From assembly GCA_030141605.1 (NCBI GenBank), contig JAQGDQ010000015.1, forward strand, positions 1,362,568 through 1,426,567: DNA of 64,000 nt, in the 5' to 3' direction. A model generated the notes under the pieces. It did no database searches. It saw only the letters and a list, made by a program, of their open reading frames with translations, and was not told the DNA's origin. Of the stretch, positions 13,412 through 60,807 are shown piece by piece. Source of the DNA: Tubiluchus corallicola. Taxonomy: Eukaryota > Animalia > Priapulida. Position 1 is the first letter of the stretch, and the number at the start of each line of letters is the position of its first letter. Position numbers and translations under genes: made by a program.

Positions 13412-16400
13412 TTACCTGCCTATTTGGTTCCCCCTGAGATCACTCCCACACCCACCTCTTTACCAATTAAGCCTGTCTTTCTTTTTGCTTTTCCTTCTCA
13501 TTCGTCTGAGCTGCACTAATTGAGTTGTTTTTTCACTTAATAAGTCATAAAGGTATGAGGTAAAGCCAAAATAGTCCTTACTGTGCTTTAACTGTGTCTT
13601 TAACGAAACCAAACGGTGTTTTGTTAATTATAAGACTATCTTAATTGCAATAGTATTAATTAATGATGAAACTGCACCTACAGATTATAAATTTTTGAAT
13701 CCACTACGATTAAAAAAAGTGAAAAATTGAACTGAGCGTAGCTTTGAACCAGCCACATTCGGTTTAAAAGGCCATTGTCTTAGACTACAATCTTGTAGCT
13801 CAAATGTCCTTGGTGGAAATCCAATCTCAGTTCACATTTTGTTGGCAAAATTTGAGTGGAAAAAAATAAAATAATAAATTGTGACCTGTCCCAGTTTGTG
13901 GTCTGGTTAAATTTATTCCTTATACAGCGTGCTTGTCAACTTTTATTGGGTATTATATATAGCACTTAATGCAATTAAATTACCTGCCATAAAGCTTCCT
14001 AGGTCGACATCGTCATCATCATCATCATAAAATCATCAGTGAACTGGCTGCTCATATTATACCAAAAGAAATGAAATGCTGTTATGGATTTATAGGTGCG
14101 CTAATTCACACTCAGTAAATTAATAATAGACCTACATTAATTGCTTCACAACATCATGACTTTCATCCTACCAAATTCAAATTTAAAAAGGCAGCTAAAA
14201 ATTTATCTTCGGCCCAAAAAATTTGTGACTTGGGTAACTGATAAACTGATACTTAGAGGTTTGTCCAAGTTTTTCCCATATACATAATAAGTAATATCTC
14301 GTGTGTAACGATTTTGTGTAAAAAAATACCCAGGAAATCTTGCGTGCAAGCGTGTACTTAATTCCTAGATCAATGTTGGGTAGACAGTGTCTTCATCAGC
14401 ATCTTAAGACATGTATAGGCATCAATACATTGAGATATTGCTTGTTGAGCCTCGTTCACATGTAAATCAACACTTGTGCTGCCGAGAACGCTGCCACCGG
14501 GCATTATTCGTTGTCAGAGTTGGACACTTTCAGATAATTGGCGTTGAATGCATGGATTTTATTAAACCGCGTCGTCGAGTTCAATGAAACAAGTAAGGAT
14601 ACAGCTATTCACTTGATTGTGTAAGTGTTGTATAGGACTATACACTTACGCAATGTCAATGTAGCTGATGTAAGATCAATAATGAATTAACATTAGATAC
14701 ACACGACGGAAACATCTTTCCGATTGGACAATTATTGTATATTATTCTACTTAAAGCTAGTTAAGAAGCATTCCATATTCAGCAGGAACGTAAACTTCTG
14801 TGGCTTAATTGTAATGAATAAGTTTAAGCCAAGTGAATCACTACTGTCATCGCCTCATTAACTACGTAATTATCTAAATACATATGGTAGAATAAGATCC
14901 TGAGAAAAATCTATCTGTATGGAACAGTTTTTTTTCTATGTTATAAGAATTCCTAACATGTTTAAAACTAATTTGTAACCAATATATAGGCGATTTCGAG
15001 TGTGCTTATATAGTACGAAACTGTGCACAGATGAATAGAGGAATTAGCACTAACATTTATGATTGTAACTCAACGTGACGTTTAACACATTTATTATTGT
15101 ATTTCAACATGTCGCTAACATTGCACAATTGTTGCAAATAAGTTAATGCATCAGGATGTTTTAGTCATTCGTTTTTTCCTTTTATTTATCTCTAGCTAGA
15201 AACTACAGTGAATATCGCAAAATACTAATAACATGCTTTTCGTGAACTTCCTTTAGATACAAAAAATCTTCAGTCTGATAAACTCCCACACATTAAGATC
15301 AGACAAAAAATAACTAGAACTTTTCAAGTTCGCGACATGGTGCCAAAATGCACTATGCCGATTTTTCAAGTTCACGATAACACAGTTAAGAGCCCAAACT
15401 TGTGCAAGGCAAAATAATAATAGCTCTGTAGTTTATCTATTTCAAATCTGTAATTGCAAATAGCCTGAATGGTTTTACATTCGTTGGTATTATTTAATTT
15501 GGGCCCGGTGTACTGTGTAATGTGCTATATGTACGTGAAATACTGCACCAAGTTCAGCACTATTTATTCTACATGACCGAAACCAATTTCTAAGTTCTTA
15601 ATCCTCACCAGTGCCATTACCAGTGCATATTCAGTCTCACAATAGAAACCAAATTATAGCATGAGAACGAAACGTGTCAAAAGCAACAATAGAGAACATG
15701 GGTGTTCCTAACGGCGTATCCGCCCCAGATGAACAAAAAATATGTTATGAAGCTGTATGGCAGCCTTAAAGAATAATGCCACGGTCACGATAATTTATTT
15801 AAAAAACATTGCTACATTGGCATTGATCCAACTTCGCTTCTTTCTAATTGGGTAAGCCCAAGTTGTGACATTTGCATTGTATCGTTTTATCACATGAAAA
15901 ACGAAACTTGCGACATTAAAAAATTGCTAACCCTGATATTGGGATAAGAAAATAATGTGAAATTTCCGTAGGAAAGCATACTTACTACAGGAGAAGCTAA
16001 AGTTCTGTTATGAAAATCCTAGATGCTGCATGTCAGAAAAGTGAGACATTAACTTGCCACATGCGTAGCCTTAATAGTAAGCGAATAAATGACATGATTC
16101 AGTCAAGAATTTCTCAACATTAGTTTCAGTTACAACAGTTAGTTACATTTTCAATAATGTATGTGAGTAGTAGTAGCGGAAGACCCATTGTTCACTAGCT
16201 CAGCTGGTACTTTTTTAGGAAATATTTTACATTATAGGCGAAAATTTTTATGTGATAAATAAGATAATGTTCTACTTTTTAAAAAGAAATATATTAAATT
16301 AGTTATACTAAAGACACTTGATTTTGGGGTTTTGGCATGAGAAATAACTTGAATTGAAAAACTTAATTAACAGGGGGAAAAGCCAGTTTTAAAGCGTGAA

Positions 16401-19400
16401 AGCCAGTTGCACGTACCGCCACACTCTTGTCATAAGACACCAAATTTGTGACACGCGAAACTAAAATTGTAATGTATTAAGCCAATAAAGCCAGAATTCT
16501 GTCACAATTAGCCAAACTTATGACAGAGATGACATGTCAAACATATGCATAAGTCAAACTGATAGAGTTATGAATAGCTAGGTCAACAGACACCGAGACA
16601 AATTCACGCGAGCATCTGCATATTTTATCCCACAGCCCTTTGACATTTCCATGATTTCTCATGGATATAGATCTTTGGTCTGTTAGTCTAGTACTTGAAG
16701 AAACACTATAATATATTCGTGAACCTAAGACGCATTGATTAACTGTTGTTGGAGACACAATGTTTTACCACTTACATTTCACATTGTTTTTGGCAAAACT
16801 TTAAAGCTAACTTTTTATTTTAATTTTTATTGACGTTTACTTGTCTGTAACCAAAGCCTAGTTAAGCACCATTCTTGTTTGTATAATGCATTATTTTTGT
16901 ACTTCTGCATTTTCAATGACACTTCTTTTAGCAGCAATAGTTTTTGTTTGATCTACTATAAATGCCATACTTTTGTGTTTATTATACAAACTTTAATGTT
17001 ACAGCCCAAAGGATTTACAACTACAGGGCTATAGACAGATTGAGTATCGGCGACCATGCTAATGAGAAGTAGTTTTTGTTTGCCAACAATTCGGCAATAG
17101 TAATCAGCAAACGACACTGTAAAACACAATGAAGGGCACGCTTATTTTATCTACTGAAACATGACGGTTTATAGCAAGGATGTAAATTGTGAAAATACAT
17201 TGTTACATTTCAGAAATCTACTCTTTTAAATTAAATTAGCCTGAGAACTGACGCACGGGATGATACAGAATTTGTATGATGAATGTTGAGTAGAATTTGA
17301 TGGAGTTTTGACTGGCTCGGTTTCCAAATGTAGACGCGCAGAACGACGAAGAAACAAATTTCGAGGCTAATAAAATGTTAGCAAAGCACAGAATAATGGG
17401 CAATTGTTGTACAAGCGCGGACAAACAAGTTGTAATAAAGAAAACTGCATTCGAAATTGTTTATAAACTGGGCTATAGAAGACGACTAGACGCATTACAT
17501 TAATTCGATCTGGGCGTTATACATAGCAAAGTTTCTATTACGACCACTTTCGCTACATATTGACTTAATAAAGCTACCAAGATAAGATAAAAATAAGATA
17601 AGATAAATTTATTTGTTTGTGCGATTAAAAAACATACAGATTGTATATAAAACCACACGTCAAGCCACTTCCCATAACCTGTCATACAAGATTTTAACTG
17701 AACTACACACTACAAAAAATATATGACGTAAGCTTCAACTAATAGCATACCTTACTCTATGTTTTATTATCCGAAAAGCTGGTTTCATGAAAAAAGATTT
17801 AATAGAGAATTTGCTATTTTACATGCTTACCAATCCCTGCTTCAGTGTTGAATTTAGATGTATAAGATTGCATAATCTTGTATAAGTTCAAAAGAGATCA
17901 GCAAATAAGGGCTTGCAAACTCATTTTAAGGGATTTCCTGTTGTATGGCTTCTACATTTTCGTGCTCAATATCTGGAAACAGGTCCACAAATTTGCTGGG
18001 TTTCAATCCACAAGCACCGCAGAGCTTAAAACAAACAGGAAAGGCAATGGTCTGTGGTGGATACACAGATGAAGTGCACAGTCAGTACATAGTTGTAATC
18101 TATCTACAAACGTTATAAAGTGTATGCCACAGCATCGTGGCATATTGACATGAGAATCTGGTTAATAAAGCACTAATCTTAACTGCAAGCGTTTGCATAC
18201 ACGAGTTAGTAGTTCGGATTACACAGACACGGAAACTCAATCGTTGACAAATCAGCAAATCGTTTTGGCTAATCTGCCTTTTCGTCCGCAGCAATGAATA
18301 GAGCAAAAGAAAATAGTTAAAGCATTATTTACCATTCTTGTCCTTTGCCTCGGGAAACGTTAAAATGTAACTGTCAGAAAGTGGCTAACTAAATCGGCAT
18401 TTTATGTATACAAGTTTAAAACCATACTCCCAAACAAAATATCAAAGTAACTCGAGAGACGGTTTGTTGGTGTGGAGGTTTACACTGCTCACTTAACCAG
18501 AAAAATGAGAAATGGTATTGACGTGCCAACGTTATCGACCATAGATTTTCTAAGCCTGACAGAATCAAGGTCTTTCCAGGACGTCAGTCCTCACTTTTGA
18601 GTTTTATCTGTTCACTCGATCTTCATTAAAAATTATCCAAATATCAAATTTGTAATTCAAACACCAGCCCCATTCCCGAAACGAGGAAGAACATCTGGGC
18701 ATAATAATTCAATTTTTCTTATCGGAGCTTTCTTGGCTAAAGTCGTAAGCGTTTGTTATTTAACACAAACGTTCAAGCACAGTTGAACATGTAGTACAAT
18801 TGTCAATCACAGTCGAGGACGTGGACAAAATTCAAACAAAATTTACTGTAAGCGTTGTAAGCTGCTTCCCGTCACAGTTACTGTGTTTATAATAGGAAAT
18901 GGCATTAACTCACAGACTCATTAAAATCCTACAGCTGTCTTTGCTCTAATCTGTTTTCTCCAAATAATTCAACAATTAACAGCTAATGACGGTCTTAGTG
19001 AGCAAAATGCGATCACTTTTGCAGTCGTTTAAACTGTTTCTGGCGTTAAGCGTTTTAGTTAAACAAACAAAATTGGGCGCCGAATGGCTTTTCACAAAAC
19101 CTAGTAATTCTCTTTAAGCTACGTGACGTATGGCCAGAAAGTGTTCATTTACAAATCACTAACAATTTACACGTAACTAATGTTTAACCTTCTTCTTGTC
19201 AGCGTAGTATCAATGCAATTTGCATTTATACTTGCAACCTGCAACATGCCATATTGTGCACAGTTTTGCCACTGAGCAGAATTACAGCACTCGGCATATC
19301 ATTTGCAAATTTGTCAATATTTTGTGCGATGATGATTTAAACATTTTGCCTGGAGAATTACTTCAACCTTCCTCGTCCTTTGGTCAAGCAGCAAGTTTAA

Positions 19401-19822
19401 TAGAAAATTTTTGATTTCTGTTAGGGTGAGTCGTGTAGAATCACTGAATCAATGAAGTAAGATCAAAAGAGGAACTACTAAGGCGCTTCAATTAAAAGAG
19501 AAGCAATTTCGAAACAAAACTGCGAGTTCAGAATCTTTTTCTAAATTAAAACTCTGTACAGCATTTTTTCTTCTCTAAAACGAAAAAGTCCTTATTTCGT
19601 TATCACTATTACCCAAGAAAAATTTGTATTTACACTCTCATTTTTTGAATTTTTTCTTCCTGCTTTTATCCTGCCCATCCAAGTAAGCTGAGCACTTTCC
19701 TCTTTACAGAATGATACAACAAGAAAACTTAAACACCTGAAAACGCTAAAATTTAACTATTAAATTATTTGCGTTTTTTCAGAAGCATGATGTGAACGCT
19801 CGCAGCGCAATCTGTCGACACA

Positions 19823-50015
<30,193 letters not shown>

Positions 50016-52076
50016 AAGGAATATCTATGAGTGGACTTGTTACTCGGAAAACTCGACTGTGACTATCAACTAAGTCAACAAAAATGCAACAGCTTTATTC
50101 ACTGAAATATACAAGAATCAGTAATAATGCAACTTCTGCAAGTATTATTCTAATTCCAGAATCTCGCAAAATAAAAGATTTCCAGAAGTTATCAACACAT
50201 GAGTTACTAAAAAGCTAACTTTTAATTTCTTCACCTTATCTAATTTTACTACTATCATGCAAGCAATACTTGAATATATATTTCAACAAATATATGCAAA
50301 TGATATGAGAGAATGTACCAATAATAGTAGGGTACCATATTGTCAGATACCTGGCTGGACTAGGTTGGCACCATTTTAAGTGTAAACTAAAATTTGTTCA
50401 TAGTCGTTGTTTCTAGTTTATAGATGAGCAGCAAAAAAATCTGCCTGTACTCAAGAATTAGAGTATTACAACTATTGGTACATTTTATACTGTGTAGCTT
50501 TTTATTCATTTTCCAAATCATCTAATGGGCTTCTGTCAATGACCAAGCTGCTAATTGCTGTTCTCTTGACCTGTACTAGTAATTTATAATTTACCTCAGG
50601 AAGACAAAAAAGTTGTTTATATAGTATTTATTTTTAACACTCATAGTCTGAGACAAAAAAATAAAATAGTGTCGGTACTTGTTTTACAAATTGATTTTAT
50701 CAACACACGTATCTGGTTTACGTCAAGCAAAAAAGATCTTAAGTGTACAGCCTGTAACTATCATGTACATAAATGTATGTTTTAATGAATTTATTCATGC
50801 CATAGGTTAAAGCTTGTAGCATAACTGTGTACATTTTGATCATACTTCTTTAACAGTAGTCATGTAGCAAAGACTGGTATTCGTCTTTTCAGCAATATTT
50901 GTTGAAAGTGCCTTTGTAGATGAAAGCAGATGTTGACAATTGGTAATATGTATGCTTCCAGTAACAACATTTTATTTAGTAAACTTATGACAAAACTGAT
51001 GTTAAATGGCATAAAAAGTGATAATACCTATCACCTTGACAAAAAAAACTTACAAACGATAGCCATCTTGCATGTAGTTTGTTGTAAAGTGTTTTTTAAA
51101 AAACATTGTATAGTTATTATGTAGTTTTATTTTAGTGTTGTTATGCAAATAATGATATAATAGTGAAAAAAGATAAAGTTTATGAAACATGAAGCATAGT
51201 ACTGCTTTGCTTCTATTTTCATTAGTGCCAATATTTATTTCAAAAGAAAAAAATCTACTAAAGAGGAATTATTTTTTAAGAACTAATTATTGTTAAGCCT
51301 TAGTTCTAAGAGTTTTTATTTAATGCAATTATATAGTTAAAACTGCTGAATAATTCTAAATAAAAAAGGATTAAACGATACTGATAGTTTTCCTAAGTAA
51401 ATTTTATTTCTTACTTAGGCCATCAGTACTATCTATATGGGTCAAAACTGTTATGAAATTTTGCACTCTATCTAAATAAGTTTGCATTGAAATTTTAAAT
51501 CAAGTGTAAGAATGCTGTTCACATCAAAACAAGAAGTACATTTGCTAGTAAACAATGTTTACAAAACAGTTTCATTATGTAAGCAATAAGAAATGCAGGC
51601 AAATTTCTTAGCACTAATATCCAAAATTGCAACAGTAGCACTAGAAGGGTAAAAAAATTATAAACAAAAATACTTTTGCATACACAGAATGAACAAATCA
51701 TTGTATTACATGTGGAATGTTAGCATAATAATATTTAGCTTCTCTCAACTGAATAAATTAATGCTTGATATCTGTGCAAATGATAATTTTCTAAAACTGA
51801 AGATTAATGTGCAGTACAGATTTCTTTCGCTGACAGTCGGCCTATACATTTCCGAGATTTTGGAATTCAAATTTCCTACAAATTTATGAAAGCTCTAAAG
51901 TTCATTTTTACCATGAAATGGTCAATCAGTAAATGCTATTCAGTAACTGACAACAAACTAAATTTCTTTAAGACAGTACAGCAGTACAACTATAAACCAA
52001 AAGATAACTTGTATACACTCACTTGTATACACTGTATACATATATACCAAACAGCAAAAACAGATTTTCACTTTTC

Positions 52077-56429
<4,353 letters not shown>

Positions 56430-57044
56430 CTTTCAACAAAATGGCATTAATGTAAAGACACGAATAAAAGCAAATGGTAGGTCTTAAAGGAAAAGCCAAG
56501 GCACTCAGAGTTGTCTTTGTTTTACTATTTGAGAAAATTGTCAGAGAAAGTTTCCACAGTTAAATTGTGGGAAGCATCTCGTGTAATTAGTTAAATAAAT
56601 TTAAAGTCATGATCGTTTCATGCTTTGGTGCGCTCAGTTTGAACGAAAAGTGGTGCTATTCAGTTACAGTGCAGGACCGTCAAGTGCTTAAGGCAAACTT
56701 CTTTGCAGCTACAGTTAGACGACCGAACTCTAGGTTGAGTTGTAATTTATTAGTTTTATCCATTAAATGTTCACAAAATCTTTTTATGACGTACAATTTT
56801 CTTTCTGGTGTTAGTATCTACACTCCCATTATGTCGCTTTTCTATTGTTTCATTTTAATTATGTGTAATTTGGTTTCCTATGACTCAAAGTTGAGCTCCT
56901 ATTTGCTGCAGTTGTGTTATCTGTACTTGAATATTTTCTAGATGAGACGAAAATAAATTCTATCTATCTATCTGCTACTAAATGATAGATTTCATGTGAA
57001 TATTGACTTTTGTAACGATTGGTCATCCCCTATTGATAGGCTTT

Positions 57045-57565
57045 GTCACTGTCTAGCTTCGCTATAATTATTGGACTGGGTCATTTTCTTTCTGTTCTAA
57101 ATTTGGTTAGTCTGCAGCACAGTCTGGCCTGGTCTGTGACTGATCTTGTCTCAGATCCGTTCTATGAGAGGTCTGGTCTGTGACTGCTCTGCCCGTAGTC
57201 CGGTCTTTAGAGCTCTAATCAGTTTTGGAATCTGGTCTGTCCAGGGTCTGTGTTTTGGCCTTCCGACTCCAGACAGACCCGACTAGTGATTGATCAGGCA
57301 CAGACCAGACTTCTGACAGATCTGATCCTTGTAGACTTACTCCTGACAGATCAGCCACAGACCAAACCTTTCTTTCTGATCAGATTTCTGAAGAAAACAC
57401 TCTAGACAGACTAGCGACAGACAGGACCTTTGGCAGATCAGACTTCTGTTAGATCAGACCTCGGAAGAGTCACAGACTAGACCTCTGATAGATGGAGCTA
57501 CGACCAGACGGTCTAGAATGAAAAAAACGACCCAATCCATTAGTTAGAGCAAAGCCAGACCAGAT
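57045..57565. mobile_element. Foldback/MITE-like element with GGTCT/AGACC internal repeats
   Basis: The left half is rich in GGTCTG and the right half in CAGACC. TGGACTGGGTCATTTTC pairs with AAAACGACCCAATCCA, and AGAGGTCTGGTCTGTGACT pairs with AGTCACAGACTAGACCTCT. Confidence 0.7.
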
Positions 57566-58185
57566 CTATCCAAAACCATGACAATCCTTCGTTAGTTTGT
57601 TACATAATCATCATTTTTGTTACATAATGGTTGCTACGCAATAACGCATAAGTGTTACATAATGACGAATTTTGTTATTTGCTGCATTGTTACGTAATGA
57701 GTCTTTTGTTACAATGTATAAAGAGGTTCGCATTCGCCGCGATATTGTTGTCATTTTTGTTCTAGTTGTTGTTCATGCAATCAATTTTTAATATTGTGAC
57801 GTCACAATCTAGTTCCTCCATACTCTAAATTTTTGCAAAAAACAGATTCGATGACAATGGCAAAAACGGTATTCTAAACAATATATCAAAGCAGTTGAAC
57901 AGAGAATGTTCTATAAGCTAGTAAGTGAATATTTAGCATTCAGGACAAGTTCATGTATCACACGGCATGCATCCTAAGTCATGCCTCGTACTCCTCCTGT
58001 TTACATCAGGGTTGGATGTATCTTTTACGTTTTTTTAATGTGTTACGTGTCGTTTTGTACTTGTAGTTATTTTTGGCATTTTGTATGTAGCCCTAATAAC
58101 CGTATGTTCTTGTGTATACGTTTTCACCCAATAAATAATGAAATGTAATTTACTGGGTAAAGGCATTTACAAAATTATAAAATGC

Positions 58186-58323
<138 letters not shown>

Positions 58324-58469
58324 CTATTATTTAATTATTAGAAACTCTTTGCAGTATTAATTGTGTTAAAATGTATACTTTTTATGGGACTTGAAAATGG
58401 GGTGGTATATGTAAAACCATCCAGTCTTCTTTTAACCATTAACAAAGCATTTTGTGTAGCCGAGACTAT

Positions 58470-58620
58470 TATTACCCCACTTTTACCCTAAATGCCACGC
58501 GTCAGGCAGGGCAACAGCAGGAACAATTTTTAAAGTCTTTAAAGTGTGACCCGGCCGCTGTATCGAACTCACGACCTCCCAGACGGAAAGCGAACGCGTG
58601 ACCACTATACCACACCGTCT
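58470..58620 (-). mobile_element. tRNA-derived SINE, probably with a Meta/RUDI-type core domain
   Basis: The minus strand has box A TGGTATAGTGG and box B GAGTTCGATAC, then GGGTCACACTTTAAAGACTTTAAAAATTGTTCCTGCTG..CCTGCCTGACGCGTGGCATT, which resembles the recalled MetaSINE central domain. Confidence 0.75.
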
Positions 58621-58771
58621 GGTAATAAAGCTAGATGAGCGTCTTTGAAGTTTACAAGTAAATATAAAGTCATCTGCCAAAATAGGAATCACATATAAAC
58701 AATTGACAAATATTGCTATTATAACAGTTGGCACTCCAAACTAAATTTAAACGTGTCACTATTTTCTTCAG

Positions 58772-58897
58772 TTCCACTCGAGTTGGAAGTTTGTGCGGAT
58801 GATAGTGAACATTGTGATTACTGGAAAAGTGTTGGCGAATGTGAGGACAACCCCAGCTATATGCACGTCAATTGTAAAAAAGCTTGTAGAATATGTG
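58772..58897 (+). CDS. ShK (ShKT) domain exon 1 of a small Cys-rich protein
   Basis: TTCTTCAG acceptor, CADDSEHCDYWKSVGECEDNPSYMHVNCKKACRIC (six-Cys ShKT pattern), GTATGC donor, phase 1-1. Confidence 0.9.
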
Positions 58898-59546
58898 GTA
58901 TGCTACTTTTATAATACGTATAATGAGAAATCAAAGCTTTTTTACTGAGTTATAATGTGTCTCGTAATTCTATCTTTAAATTGGCATTATTTTACTGTAA
59001 ATACGTGTACTCCATGTATTTTAAGTTGTAGTAAAATGAAAGGTGACACTATAATAAACTATACCAACTTACCAACTATATTATAACTTTCCAGAAACTA
59101 TGTGCTATCAAAATATCTTTTATTGTTCATGGTGTTCCGAGATATTCAGATCTTTTCTCTTCAAATATTTGGAAATGTGATGATCAATGGAAAAATTGTA
59201 GCTTTGTTCATTGCTTGTACTCAAACTTGGGGAAATAAAGAACTAACACTCATTCAAGCACTTTAAGAGCATTTCAGAGTATATAAAAGTATGAATTAGT
59301 AAAATTATTGACGTAAAAGTTTCTGAACTACTCTACGATCTGCCAATAAATCATACAGGTATTTAGATAAGTGCCAAAATCTAACATCAGCGCCGCCAAC
59401 TGGAAGAAAGCGCAAGCTCAAAGCTATTAAACCTATACTATAGCGGATTTATTATTGAATACCACAGTTAAAAGACTAACTTGCACATCCAAATAGTGAT
59501 AGGTAAAATGAATTCTTAAAATGAAAATAACATCCAGCACTGATTT

Positions 59547-59715
59547 AAGCGGAGACACGACGTTTATTTAGACACAAAAACAACTACAACATTTCGACCA
59601 GTTATGGTCATGTTCATAGTCATGGTTAACGTCATTGAACACAAAGTTGCAGATGTTTGCAACTGGTCGAAATGTTGTTGATGTTTGTGTCTAAATAAAC
59701 GCCATGTCTTCGCTT
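59547..59715. repeat. Inverted repeat (hairpin), possibly Penelope-like terminal-repeat derived
   Basis: AAGCGGAGACACGACGTTTATTTAGACACAAA..CAACATTTCGACCAGTT pairs with AACTGGTCGAAATGTTG..TTTGTGTCTAAATAAACGCCATGTCTTCGCTT. Confidence 0.8.
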
Positions 59716-59811
59716 CAGTGGGTGGTGGCTGTTATTTTCACGTACACATCTCTATTGTAAAACATTTTTGTCGTCTGGGTGTTACATACTTACGAATTTT
59801 ATACATTTCAG

Positions 59812-59957
59812 GCCAAGGTGAAGTGTGTGAAGATGGAAATAAATACTGTCCATACTGGGCACATAATGGAGAGTGTGAAAACAGTCCCGAGTATATGTCA
59901 CAGGAATGTAAACTATCCTGTCAGCTTTGTGAAGATTCCGGGATAATCGAACCTTAA
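59812..59957 (+). CDS. ShK (ShKT) domain exon 2, terminal
   Basis: TTTCAG acceptor in phase 1, CEDGNKYCPYWAHNGECENSPEYMSQECKLSCQLC-EDSGIIEP*. Confidence 0.9.
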
Positions 59958-60530
59958 ACAGCTTAAATACGTATTTCATCTAAACACTGTTCAAATTAGT
60001 CTCTTTCACAGAGAAACTGGGTCAGACGTATCCCTTGTAGGCCCCCTCCCTCCTGTAGGGTCTTGTATGTTTGTAGTACTGTTACACTTGGAGCATGTGA
60101 AAAACTGCACTAAAGTGCCCTCGGATACCCCAGGAATGCCGCCGACGAAATGTGGAAATTGTACAAAGAAATACTGTTGAACGTTATTTGCAAAAAAGGT
60201 CGATTAAATTAATTCTTTTGAGTGGTGATACAAGATCGACAAAAAAAAACTGTAAATACTAAGTTTTACTTATTTCAGCCAAAATAAATTGCATTAGAAC
60301 ACAAAAGTTGTCTTAAAGTGCTCTTAGAAGCCTCCAAGATGACAAATGCAGCAAAATGGATTGGCCCCCGCGGACCCTGCTGGGAGAGCTTACAGCGTTC
60401 CCCCAGACACCTAGTTAGCTGCTGTTGTGGTCTTGGGTAAAATAGTATCTCCAGTCATAATTACATGTCCTTTAAGATTCACTGGTTGAAGTGCCTGTTA
60501 GATATGACGTCTGAGCTGAACTTTTTGAAA

Positions 60531-60807
60531 ATGAGTTATTTACGTATGAGTTAGCTGTATCTGAGTTAACTGTATAGGAGTTACCTGTATACGAACCATC
60601 TACATAATTATTAGTTATCTGTATATGTGTTATCTACATATGAGTTAAATGTATATAAATTGTCTGTGTATATCAGTTATCTGTATATGAGTTATCTACA
60701 TATACATATATGAGCTATCTGCATGTGAGTTAGTAGTACATGAGTTATCTGCATGTGAGTTAGTTGTATGTGAGTTAGCTGTGTATGAGTTATCTATACA
60801 TGAGTTG
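60531..60807. repeat. Degenerate ~15-bp minisatellite (ATGAGTTAKCTGYAT)
   Basis: Many diverged units read directly. Confidence 0.85.

Noticed and set aside
16424-16530. Short imperfect inverted repeat (TGTCATAAG / CTTATGACA)
   Set aside because: Probably a decayed MITE, but no TSD or clear ends.
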